The position numbers were made by a program, and so were the translations under genes. Source: Fonticula alba ATCC 38817 (taxonomy: Eukaryota; Protista; Nucleariida). From it: a DNA stretch of 6,502 nucleotides. The notes beneath the pieces were generated by a model that was not told the DNA's origin, did no database searches, and saw nothing but the letters and a program-made list of their open reading frames with translations. Positions 6,460-6,502 of this stretch are shown here, piece by piece (within the stretch, counting starts at the first letter, position 1; every line of letters starts with the position of its first letter). Where the stretch lies: assembly GCA_000388065.2 (NCBI GenBank), contig KK197999.1; one strand, written 5' to 3'.

Positions 6460-6502
6460 CACATCTGAGAAGTCGGATCCCCGGCTCTCCTCTCCTCTTG
6501 GG

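Larger units (their letters stand above)
1..6502 (+). mobile_element. Ty3/Gypsy (Metaviridae)-type LTR retrotransposon, internal region plus possible start of 3' LTR; both element ends probably lie outside the window
   Basis: One polyprotein with protease (LIDTGAEISLI), RT (YVDD), RNase H (TDASD...E...TD...AD) and integrase (HHCC + DDE) in the order PR-RT-RH-IN. Copia elements place IN before RT, DIRS use a tyrosine recombinase and caulimovirids lack IN. No env-like ORF. No direct terminal repeat between the two window ends by eye. Confidence 0.95.
6218..6502 (+). repeat. Possible beginning (U3) of the 3' LTR, or a structured 3' UTR
   Basis: Starts with TG right after the candidate PPT. Contains CCAAT-type motifs (6248-6252 and 6436-6440 reverse, 6405-6409 forward), a GC box (CCGCCC 6420-6425) and GTCACGTGAC (6450-6459). 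No second copy in the window, so LTR identity is inferred. Confidence 0.4.

Noticed and set aside
6485-6497. CTCTC micro-repeat
   Set aside because: Under three units; too short to call a tandem repeat.

Overview
The window holds the internal region of one apparently intact eukaryotic Ty3/Gypsy (Metaviridae)-type LTR retrotransposon on the + strand. A single uninterrupted ORF (TTG 103 / first ATG 184 to TGA 6216) encodes a very long Gag-like region followed by aspartic protease, reverse transcriptase, RNase H and DDE integrase, in the PR-RT-RH-IN order diagnostic of Ty3/Gypsy. All catalytic acidic residues are present, but many usually conserved neighbouring motifs deviate, which suggests a deep-branching lineage. 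The Gag region is unusual: about 870 aa, with an unrecognised N-terminal domain, a histidine-rich coiled coil, a Pro/Ser linker and no CCHC zinc knuckle. The last 286 nt are dense in inverted repeats (including a perfect 14-bp stem) and carry Pol II promoter-type motifs; they may be the start of the 3' LTR. No LTR pair, canonical primer-binding site, env gene or chromodomain is visible in the window. The other ORFs in the track look like shadows of the GC-rich main ORF. Host and lineage cannot be determined without database searches.
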